Shown one piece after another: positions 47,628 through 54,805 of a stretch of DNA of 64,000 bases. A model generated the notes under the pieces. The model saw only the letters and a list, made by a program, of their open reading frames with translations, did not search any database and was not told where the DNA came from. Both the position numbers and the translations under genes were made by a program. This stretch comes from Clostridia bacterium (GTDB lineage Bacteria; Bacillota; Clostridia; Christensenellales; QALW01), in the NCBI GenBank assembly GCA_045541035.1, contig JAZQII010000038.1, positions 1,598 through 65,597 of the forward strand. The letters run 5' to 3'. Numbering within the stretch: the stretch's first letter is position 1; each line of letters begins with the position of its first letter.

Positions 47628-48554
47628 ATGAAAACTGCAATTTACGATAATTCCGGCAAAAAAATAGCCGGAGATGAAATTTTAAGCGAAAATATTCCTG
47701 CTCATATTTTATCACAAGAACTTCCCTTAATTGAAAGCGGGAAACTTTATTCACGTCTTTCTGACGGCACGTATTCCGTGCTCTGCGGAGATGAAAAAAT
47801 TCTTGAAGCCTTTTTAATTAAAAAGGATAACAAGCGTCTTACGAAAAATGATTTTATTAAAAATCTTCTTTTTGGTATCGAAAGTAATGACGTTAAAAAT
47901 CTCTGCTCACGCTACGGCTTACTCTATGAAGACGTGCGCCGTGTTTTTGTCGCTGAAATCAATGAGTCCGTTACGGATTATTTAACGCCTCTTACAGAAA
48001 TTTTTGAGGAAGATAATATTATCGTTATTGGTCTTGATGAGCATAGAATTGCAATTATCTGCCTTGAGTGCGATATTGATGCAGATGAAATGGCAAGCGC
48101 TATAAGTGCAACATTTCAGGAACTTAATACCGATTGCTATATTGGTGTAAGTTGTATTGCAGATAATGCTTCTCTTTTATCGGTTGCTTTTGATCAGGCG
48201 CTTTGCGCTATAAGGATCGGGAAAAAACTTTCTTATAGCGGCGGAGTTTGGTTTTTCTCAAACATTCTGCCCGAACTTATTATTTCCGAACTTCCCAAAG
48301 AAGCGCTTTCAGATCTTAAAGATAAAGCACATGAAGTAAAAAGATGCCTTGATAACGAAACCGTTGAAATTGCACTTGAATTTTTTAAGCACAATCTTAA
48401 TATAAGTGAAACGGCAAAATTCTGCTATCTTCACAGAAACACGCTTATATATAAACTTGATAAAATTCAGAAAGATACAGGCTTCAACATGCGCAATTTC
48501 CATGAAGCCGTTGCATTAAGAATCTATATTGCGGCAAATAAGGTGTTGAAATAA
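47628..48554 (+). CDS. PucR/CdaR-family transcriptional regulator
   Basis: C-terminal PucR-type HTH (NISETAKFCYLHRNTLIYKLDKIQKDTGFNMRNFHEAVALRIY). ATG at 47628. Its stop overlaps the ctpA start (TAATG). Confidence 0.8.
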   Translation: MKTAIYDNSGKKIAGDEILSENIPAHILSQELPLIESGKLYSRLSDGTYSVLCGDEKILEAFLIKKDNKRLTKNDFIKNLLFGIESNDVKNLCSRYGLLYEDVRRVFVAEINESVTDYLTPLTEIFEEDNIIVIGLDEHRIAIICLECDIDADEMASAISATFQELNTDCYIGVSCIADNASLLSVAFDQALCAIRIGKKLSYSGGVWFFSNILPELIISELPKEALSDLKDKAHEVKRCLDNETVEIALEFFKHNLNISETAKFCYLHRNTLIYKLDKIQKDTGFNMRNFHEAVALRIYIAANKVLK

Positions 48555-49729
48555 TGAGCAAAAAAAAGACCTCGGTTTTATCAATTATTCTGATAATAGT
48601 AATTAGTTTTGCAGGCGGATATTTTTCCAAATCTTTGGTAAACAAATTCTATTACAGAAACACTTTAACTGATGAGCAAATGAGAGTTTTAAACACAGCT
48701 CATCAGATAATAATGGAAACGGCAATTAAAAATCAGGAAAGCGACCATGTTGTTGATTTTGCATTAAAAGGCATGGCGGCGGCTCTTGATGATGAATATG
48801 CCTATTATTTCACAAAAGAAGAACTTGAAGAATATATGAAATCTGCAACGGGCACCATTGAAGGCGGTATAGGCGCAACCGTATATAACGATAACGGTGA
48901 ACTTATAATTGCAGAGATATATAAAGGTCTTTCGGCTGATGCGTCAGGTCTTAAAACGGGGGATATCATTTTAAAAGTTGATGATAACTCCGTAAAAGAT
49001 AAAACGCTGGAAGAAGTTGTTGCTCTTGTAAAGGGCGAAGCAGGTACTTTTGTTAAAATAACCGTTCAGCGTGATAAAAAAGAACTTTCTTTTAACGTTC
49101 AGCGCACCAACGGTCAGAGAGAACTTGTTGAATATAAAATGATTGACAGCGTTTTATACACAAAGATCATTTCTTTCCACGGCAATGCAGTTGAATACTT
49201 TAAAAAGGCTCTTGAATACGGTAAGGAAAATAACTATACGGGTATCGTAATTGATTTACGGGAAAACCCGGGCGGAGAACTTAACGTTTTCGTTGAAATT
49301 GCCGATATGCTTCTTCCCGAAGGTGATGTTTTTTATGCAAAAGACAGAGACGGCAACAAAGTTCACGTTGAATCTTCCGATGCAAACTGTATTGATAAGC
49401 CGATAAGCGTTATAATAAACGGTTCATCTGCAAGTGCTTCCGAAGCCTTGGCAGGCGCACTTCGAGATCTTGGCAATGCTTTAATTGTTGGCACGAAAAG
49501 TTACGGCAAGGGAATAATGCAAAGCAACTTTATTCTTCCTAACGGCGGGCAGTTAAAACTTACAACTGCAAAATATTATCTTCCTAACGGTGATTGTATT
49601 CATGAATCGGGAATAACTCCTCATTTTGAAGTTGAACTTTCCCAAAAACTTACCGAAAAATATTGGCTTCGTAATGATGAAAACGATATTCAGTTAAAGA
49701 AAGCCATAGAAGTATTGACAAATAAGTAA
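48554..49729 (+). CDS. ctpA: Carboxy-terminal processing protease (S41)
   Basis: N-terminal TM, PDZ (GLKTGDIILKVDD), S41 core (IDLRENPGGEL, NGSSASASE, SYGKG). Confidence 0.9.
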   Translation: MSKKKTSVLSIILIIVISFAGGYFSKSLVNKFYYRNTLTDEQMRVLNTAHQIIMETAIKNQESDHVVDFALKGMAAALDDEYAYYFTKEELEEYMKSATGTIEGGIGATVYNDNGELIIAEIYKGLSADASGLKTGDIILKVDDNSVKDKTLEEVVALVKGEAGTFVKITVQRDKKELSFNVQRTNGQRELVEYKMIDSVLYTKIISFHGNAVEYFKKALEYGKENNYTGIVIDLRENPGGELNVFVEIADMLLPEGDVFYAKDRDGNKVHVESSDANCIDKPISVIINGSSASASEALAGALRDLGNALIVGTKSYGKGIMQSNFILPNGGQLKLTTAKYYLPNGDCIHESGITPHFEVELSQKLTEKYWLRNDENDIQLKKAIEVLTNK

Positions 49730-49739
49730 ATAAAATATA

Positions 49740-49880
49740 TAATTAAGTTATCAAGGCGGAGGTCTTTTCTAACGCCAAGATATTATTACTGCATCTGAAA
49801 ACAAGGTTTCGTACTGAGTTTAGGTAAAGATATATGTTCCCATCTATCTCTTTACTGTTGTGCGGTAAAGAGATTTTTTA
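49740..49880 (+). promoter_or_regulatory. Candidate cis-regulatory leader with mutually exclusive hairpins ending in an intrinsic terminator
   Basis: Terminator ATCTCTTTAC (49846-49855) / GTAAAGAGAT (49865-49874) plus a TTTTTTA run, 10 nt before the GGAGG RBS of the 49891 gene. Upstream GTAAAGA-T-ATA (49824-49834) can pair with TAT-C-TCTTTAC (49845-49855), competing for the terminator's 5' arm. Confidence 0.45.
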
Positions 49881-49890
49881 TGGAGGTATA

Positions 49891-50160
49891 ATGGAAAACA
49901 GAATAGGAATTATTGGAATTGTAATTGACAACCCTAAAAAGTCAGCAGAGACGGTTAACGAACTTTTAAGTGAGTTTTCCGATATAGTAATAGGAAGAAT
50001 GGGACTTCCTTATCAAAAACGCCATATATCAATCATTTCCGTAATGGTTGACGGCACAAACGACCGCATAGGCGCACTGTGCGGAAAATTAGGCAGGCTT
50101 GAAGGCGTTAATGCCAAAAGCGTGCTTTCAAACAAAAAATATGAAGGAGAAGAATTATGA
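49891..50160 (+). CDS. TM1266-like small ACT/NikR-C-fold protein (family annotated as putative iron-only hydrogenase system regulator)
   Basis: 89 aa, MENRIGIIGIVIDNPKKSAETVNELLSEFSDIVIGRMGLPYQKRHISIISVMVDGTNDRIGALCGKLGRLEGVNAKS matches my recollection of this family. ATG at 49891 after TGGAGG. Its stop overlaps the next start (ATGA). Confidence 0.65.
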   Translation: MENRIGIIGIVIDNPKKSAETVNELLSEFSDIVIGRMGLPYQKRHISIISVMVDGTNDRIGALCGKLGRLEGVNAKSVLSNKKYEGEEL

Positions 50161-51170
50161 AAAAGATATTTAGTTTAGTATTGGCAGTATTGCTTGTTGT
50201 TTCTGTTTTTGCAGGATGCACGGAAAATCAGGGTGCAGTTGTTACGCCTACACCTGATTTAACTCCTGAAGTAACACCTGAACCTTATCAGGCGGTTGAC
50301 ATTAAAGTCGGCGCTCTTAAAGGCCCTACGGGTATGGGTATTTCAAAACTTATGGATGATGCAAAAAACAAAAAAGCCGCAAACAATTATACTTTTGAAC
50401 TTTTCGGCGCACCTACTGATATTACGGGCCTTATTATAAACGAAGAACTTCAGATTGCCGCAGTTCCCACGAACCTTGCCGCAACTCTTTATAATAAGAC
50501 GAAGGGAAAGGTTCAACTTCTTGCACTTAATACTTTAGGTGTTCTTTATATCATGGAAAAGGGTAACACCGTTAATTCCATAAAAGACCTTGAAGGCAAG
50601 AAAATTTATTCATCAGGTCAGGCGGCAACACCTCAATATGCCCTTGATTACGTTTTAAAGGCAAATAACGTTAATTGCGAAGTTGAATATTTTGCAACTC
50701 ATGCAGAACTTGCAACACAGGCTTTATCGGGTAACGCGGATATAATCCTTATTCCCGAACCTCAGGTATCAACAATTCTTTCCAAAAATTCCGATTTCAG
50801 AATTGCGGTGGATTTTAACGCTGCATGGGATGAGGCTTGTGAGAACAAAGCACTTTTCTCAATGGGATGTCTTGTTGTAAATAAGAAGTTTGCACAAGAG
50901 AATCCCAAGGCAGTTGAAAAGTTCTTGGAAGAATATACTGCTTCTGTTAAATTTGTTAACGAAAATCCCAAAGACGGTGCAAAACTTATTGCTGAAAACG
51001 GTATCGTTCCAAACGAAGCCATAGCAGAAAAAGCAATTCCCAACAGTAAAATGGTAACCATTTCAGGTGATGAAATGAAAACCAAAACAGAAACTTATCT
51101 GAAAATACTTTTTGACAGTAATCCTCAATCGATAGGCGGTGCATTGCCGGGTGCGGACTTCTATTATTAA
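50157..51170 (+). CDS. ABC transporter substrate-binding lipoprotein (NMT1/THI5-like, NitT/TauT family)
   Basis: Signal peptide with lipobox LVVSVFAGC, P/T linker, periplasmic-binding fold of the nitrate/sulfonate/bicarbonate / HMP-binding type. Confidence 0.75.
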   Translation: MKKIFSLVLAVLLVVSVFAGCTENQGAVVTPTPDLTPEVTPEPYQAVDIKVGALKGPTGMGISKLMDDAKNKKAANNYTFELFGAPTDITGLIINEELQIAAVPTNLAATLYNKTKGKVQLLALNTLGVLYIMEKGNTVNSIKDLEGKKIYSSGQAATPQYALDYVLKANNVNCEVEYFATHAELATQALSGNADIILIPEPQVSTILSKNSDFRIAVDFNAAWDEACENKALFSMGCLVVNKKFAQENPKAVEKFLEEYTASVKFVNENPKDGAKLIAENGIVPNEAIAEKAIPNSKMVTISGDEMKTKTETYLKILFDSNPQSIGGALPGADFYY

Positions 51171-51918
51171 GAAATTTTTAATAGGTTTATTGATAACTGC
51201 CATATGGCTTCTCATATGGCAGGGTATCTTTATGCTTGTAAATAACGAACTTTTTGTTTCATCGCCAATTGATGTTTTCAAAAGAATAGTAGAACTTTCC
51301 CAAAAACTTGATTTCTGGAAAACCGTTTTTTCAAGCGTTATAAATATTCTTTGGGGATTTTTCCTTGGAGTAATAATGGGAACTTTTATGGCTTTTGTAA
51401 GTTCAATAGATTTTCTTGATAAACTTTTTGAACCTATAAAAGTAATTATCCGCGCAACACCCGTTGCATCATTTATTATGCTTACCTGGATATGGCTTCA
51501 ACGCTCGCAGATTCCCGTGTTTATCTCATTTTTAATGGTTGTTCCCATTGTCTGGGGCAACGTTTCAACGGGAATAAAGAGTATCGGTAAAGAATATAAA
51601 GAACTTGCTTTTGTTTATAAATTTTCAGGAGTCAAGAAGTTTAAGTATATCTATTTTCCCGGTGTTCTTCCGTATTTTGCAACGGCGGTATGCACTTCAT
51701 CGGGCCTTGTCTGGAAAGCAGGTATTGCCGCGGAAGTGTTATGTCAGCCGCCGGGAACCATCGGCGCAAGCCTTTTTGAAGCGAAAAGCATTCTTGAAAC
51801 ACTTGATATATTTTCATGGACAACAGTTGTTATTATTATAAGTCTTATACTTGAAACGTCGATAAAATATCTTTTAAAATATCTTGAGAAACGTTTCAGA
51901 TTTGCGGGGTTGACATGA
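51139..51918 (+). CDS. ABC transporter permease (NitT/TauT family)
   Basis: Six hydrophobic segments and a BPD-type permease core. The start is uncertain: GTG at 51139 or at 51151, both overlapping the end of the binding-protein gene. Confidence 0.8.
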   Translation: MHCRVRTSIIKKFLIGLLITAIWLLIWQGIFMLVNNELFVSSPIDVFKRIVELSQKLDFWKTVFSSVINILWGFFLGVIMGTFMAFVSSIDFLDKLFEPIKVIIRATPVASFIMLTWIWLQRSQIPVFISFLMVVPIVWGNVSTGIKSIGKEYKELAFVYKFSGVKKFKYIYFPGVLPYFATAVCTSSGLVWKAGIAAEVLCQPPGTIGASLFEAKSILETLDIFSWTTVVIIISLILETSIKYLLKYLEKRFRFAGLT

Positions 51919-52463
51919 TAAAAATAGAGAATTTAACTGTAAAATACGATAAAACTGTTTTAGAAAATATCAATCTTGAATTTCCCCAAAAAGGAATTTA
52001 TTGCATATATGCGCCGTCAGGCAGAGGCAAAACAACACTTTTAAATGCAATAGCAGGTCTTAAAAAGTATTCAGGGAAAATTTCTGTTGACGGCAACATA
52101 AGTTTTCTTTTTCAAGAGGATAGGCTTTTAAATTGGCTTAATGCCGAAGAAAATATAATGCTTGTTGAACCTGATAAAAATAAGGCGCAGGAGTATATGC
52201 AAAATTTCGGTGTTGAAGATTTTAAAGATCAGATGCCCCAGGAACTTTCAGGCGGAATGAAAAGACGTGTTGCGCTTGTCCGCACGTTAGCGTATCAGGC
52301 AGATATTTATTTATTAGACGAGCCCTTTAAGGGACTTGATGAAGATAACGCCCAAAAAGTCAGAAATACGCTTATTGATCTTTCCAAAAATAAACTTATT
52401 CTTGTTGTAACTCATGATGAACTTGATCTGAAAAAACTCAATGCTGAAAAAATATTACTGTGA
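51915..52463 (+). CDS. ABC transporter ATP-binding protein (compact, 182 aa)
   Basis: Walker A APSGRGKTT, Q-loop, signature LSGGMKRRV, Walker B IYLLDEP, H-loop VVTHD. The protein ends shortly after the H-loop. ATGA overlap with the permease gene. Confidence 0.88.
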   Translation: MIKIENLTVKYDKTVLENINLEFPQKGIYCIYAPSGRGKTTLLNAIAGLKKYSGKISVDGNISFLFQEDRLLNWLNAEENIMLVEPDKNKAQEYMQNFGVEDFKDQMPQELSGGMKRRVALVRTLAYQADIYLLDEPFKGLDEDNAQKVRNTLIDLSKNKLILVVTHDELDLKKLNAEKILL

Positions 52464-52706
52464 AAATAAATTGCTTATATTTTTTAAGGTGTCAACGTAG
52501 TTTTCGCCTTCTGATTGGGCAGTGTTGTTTATTCCGTTGAGCATACCGGTCATTTTTGGAATCATGGAAAACATATTTGACATATTACTTATTTTTGAAG
52601 TAAAACCGTCTGCGGCTTCAATGGCATTTTTTATGTTGTTGAAGCCGTTTTTATTCATCAGCATAAATAAAATGAACATGGGAGTAAGATCATTCATAGA
52701 ATTCAC
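52455..52706 (-). CDS. Small Met/Asn-rich protein, unknown function
   Basis: 83-aa ORF (MNSMNDLTPMFILFMLMNKNGFNN...). Its 3' end overlaps the ABC ATPase gene convergently by 9 nt. No family recognised. Confidence 0.4.
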   Translation of the reverse strand: MNSMNDLTPMFILFMLMNKNGFNNIKNAIEAADGFTSKISNMSNMFSMIPKMTGMLNGINNTAQSEGENYVDTLKNISNLFSQ

Positions 52707-52768
52707 CTCATTTAATTATATGCAACTTGTTTAAAAAGGTGCATATTTTATAAAGAGGTGATTTTTTT

Positions 52769-53050
52769 ATGAAAAGAAGTTTAAGAAATTCAAATCAGAA
52801 AGCCGATGAAAGTCAACTTAATTCCGAGCAGAAGAAACAGTTTGAAAAATTAAAAGGAATGGCTAAAAATTATGAAGGCAAAAGCGATAACGAAATATTA
52901 TCAGATCTTTCAAAAGCGGTGAAAAAGGGGAAAGCAGAAGGAAATTTAACAAACGAAAAAATTGATAGTATTGCATCAACTATTGCACCCATGCTTAATT
53001 CCTCACAAAGAGAAAAATTAAAAACACTCATGCAAACCATAAAAAAATAG
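52769..53050 (+). CDS. Small Lys/Glu-rich protein, unknown function
   Basis: 93-aa ORF, AAGAGGTG RBS 8 nt upstream of the ATG, predicted helical and charged. No family recognised. Confidence 0.5.
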   Translation: MKRSLRNSNQKADESQLNSEQKKQFEKLKGMAKNYEGKSDNEILSDLSKAVKKGKAEGNLTNEKIDSIASTIAPMLNSSQREKLKTLMQTIKK

Positions 53051-53072
53051 GGATCAAAAATCCCTATTTTTT
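53048..53072. terminator. Intrinsic terminator, bidirectional
   Basis: TAGGGAT (53048-53054) / ATCCCTA (53060-53066), T6 downstream and A7 upstream. The hairpin overlaps the ends of both convergent genes. Confidence 0.8.
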
Positions 53073-54196
53073 ACTATTTCATCAATTGCTTTTAAAGTAT
53101 AAAAGATTTCTTTTTCTGTGTTAAATGCACCAACGCTTAATCTTACCGCACCGATATCTTCGGTTTTAAGAAATCTGTGGCAAAGCGGAGCGCAATGAAA
53201 ACCGCCGCGGCAACAGATTGAATATTTTCTGTCAAGAATATCTGAAACGGAAGAAGAATCTTTTTCTTTAATATTAAAAGCAACAACACCGCTTTGCGCT
53301 TTTTCGGGAGAGTAAAGTTTAATGCTTTTGTTATTTTTTAAATTATCAATCAGAAGTTGTGCAAGGCGTACTTCTTTATTTAATATAAATTCTCTGTTTA
53401 TTTTAACGAAATTAACGCCTGCCTCAAGAGCAGCGATGTTTTGCACAGATTGCGTTCCGCTTTCGAGATATTCAGGCATATCCTTTGGCTGAGTTAATTC
53501 ATGAGATCTGCTTCCCGTTCCGCCAAAGCGTAAAGGAGTGGGCAACGGCATAGAATCTTTTATTCCTAAAATTCCTATACCTTGCGGGCCGTATAAGCCT
53601 TTGTGTCCTGCACAGGCAATATAATCAAAATCTTTTATTTCCTGATTTCCTGCCGCCTGAGCGCAATCTGCAATAACAAGAAGACCGTATTTTCGTGCAA
53701 ACTTTATAACTGTATCCATATCTTGCTTAACGCCGTTTACGTTGGAAACGTAGTTAAAAATAACTGCTTTTGTGTTTGCTTTCAGATTTGTTTTTAAAGC
53801 ATCTTCTGAAATATAAAAACCGTTATCAGGATAGATAACAGTATATTCAACACCAAAATTTTTCATATATTCAAGGGGACGTAAAACGGAATTGTGTTCA
53901 TATGCACTTGTCAGGATATGATCGCCCGATTTAAACAATCCGCGGATCAAGATATTAAGTGAGTCGGTGCAACCAAAAGTAAAAACAACGTTTTCGGGAT
54001 TGTTGATTCCCAAAAACGAACTGATGGTTTCTCTTGCGGAAAATATAATTTCAGAAGCTTTTATTGCCATCTGATGTCCGCTTCGTCCTGCGTTGGCAGA
54101 ATATTTTTTAAAAACTGAATCGCTGCGAAAATACACTTCGGGCGGTTTGTAAAGTGTAGTTGCAGCATTGTCAAGATAAATCATAAGCTGCTCCAT
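53054..54196 (-). CDS. Class V aminotransferase-fold cysteine desulfurase family protein (VC1184-like subfamily)
   Basis: 380 aa, PLP-lysine context ACAGHKGLYGPQGIG, C-terminal RGGFHCAPL active-site Cys motif. Confidence 0.8.
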   Translation of the reverse strand: MEQLMIYLDNAATTLYKPPEVYFRSDSVFKKYSANAGRSGHQMAIKASEIIFSARETISSFLGINNPENVVFTFGCTDSLNILIRGLFKSGDHILTSAYEHNSVLRPLEYMKNFGVEYTVIYPDNGFYISEDALKTNLKANTKAVIFNYVSNVNGVKQDMDTVIKFARKYGLLVIADCAQAAGNQEIKDFDYIACAGHKGLYGPQGIGILGIKDSMPLPTPLRFGGTGSRSHELTQPKDMPEYLESGTQSVQNIAALEAGVNFVKINREFILNKEVRLAQLLIDNLKNNKSIKLYSPEKAQSGVVAFNIKEKDSSSVSDILDRKYSICCRGGFHCAPLCHRFLKTEDIGAVRLSVGAFNTEKEIFYTLKAIDEIVKNRDF

Positions 54197-54257
54197 TCAC
54201 TTTTATTTGCTGCACGTAATATATTATATTAAATACTTCGATTGGAGGCTACAATTT

Positions 54258-54476
54258 ATGGATCACATGATTATTGTTTTTCGCTCGCGGACACAAGTGT
54301 TACACTTTAAAAAAATGCTTGAAAGTGTTGGCGTTTTCTCACAGATCATTTCAACACCCAAGCGCCTTGCCATCGGTTGCGGACTATCCTTAAAAATATT
54401 AAGTTCTGATTTTTATAAGGCGAAAGATCTTTTAGACGTATATAAACCTCAAGGCTTTGTAGGCATTTATGATTGA
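54258..54476 (+). CDS. DUF3343 family protein (putative Se/S carrier-like)
   Basis: 72 aa, MDHMIIVFRSRTQVLHFKKMLESVGVFSQIISTPKRLAIGCGLSLKI... has the length and the TP-x5-GCG pattern typical of DUF3343. ATG at 54258 after TGGAGG. Divergent from the desulfurase gene. Confidence 0.7.
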   Translation: MDHMIIVFRSRTQVLHFKKMLESVGVFSQIISTPKRLAIGCGLSLKILSSDFYKAKDLLDVYKPQGFVGIYD

Positions 54477-54499
54477 CAATAAAAAAATATTATGATAAT
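54473..54499 (+). promoter_or_regulatory. Possible sigma-A promoter for the structured RNA / nifS leader
   Basis: TTGACA (54473-54478, overlapping the DUF3343 stop codon), then GATAAT (54494-54499). The 15-nt spacer is shorter than optimal. Confidence 0.4.
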
Positions 54500-54502
54500 C
54501 TT

Positions 54503-54780
54503 ATACCATAATGCACATATACGAACTCGCCTTAAATGGCGTATCAGCGGCGCTTTTATGGTTTGTCGTCTTTGTAAGGCGACCTGACTTACTGCATCCT
54601 TCGCACCTAAAATCATACACCGATGCGCACATTTTAGGTGGGAGAATTTTAAAGTAATAAATTTTTGATGGCTACAAGGCAAAAACGTAGGCAATACAGG
54701 AAGTATTGCCGAGGCTTTTAACGAAGTAGACGCGGAAATTTATACTTCAAAATCGGGTTCGTATGTGTGTGTTATGGTAT
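54503..54780 (+). ncRNA. Unclassified structured RNA (about 278 nt), either stand-alone or the 5' leader of the nifS-like gene
   Basis: 54503-54526 pairs contiguously with 54757-54780: 24 bp, 21 Watson-Crick plus 3 T:G/G:T that are G-U only on the + strand, extendable by 2-3 bp at each end. Internal hairpins: 54565-54583 (6 bp), 54604-54640 (10 bp, CACCTAAAAT/ATTTTAGGTG, 17-nt loop), 54690-54710 (8 bp, GGCAATAC/GTATTGCC), 54723-54748 (6 bp). Visibly more G+C-rich than neighbouring spacers. No T-run follows. Confidence 0.6.
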
Positions 54781-54805
54781 AAAAAAACAAGGGAAGAATT
54801 TTTTT

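Noticed and set aside
49748-49835. Possible SAM-I (S-box) riboswitch, suggested by GTTATCAAGGCGGAGG at the 5' side and AAAGATA at the 3' side
   Set aside because: The conserved P2b/P3/P4 core elements (…CUGGCCC…, GCAACC, GGUGCUAA…) are missing. The putative P1 would be only about 4 bp. It is kept as an unclassified leader, not called SAM-I.
54467-54694. 75-aa minus-strand ORF, and a 48-codon plus-strand ORF (ATG at 54511), both inside the structured-RNA region
   Set aside because: Neither has an RBS and both use atypical codons for this genome. Both are explained by the G+C-rich paired segments of the RNA. The minus-strand ORF would also run antisense to the promoter-like element.
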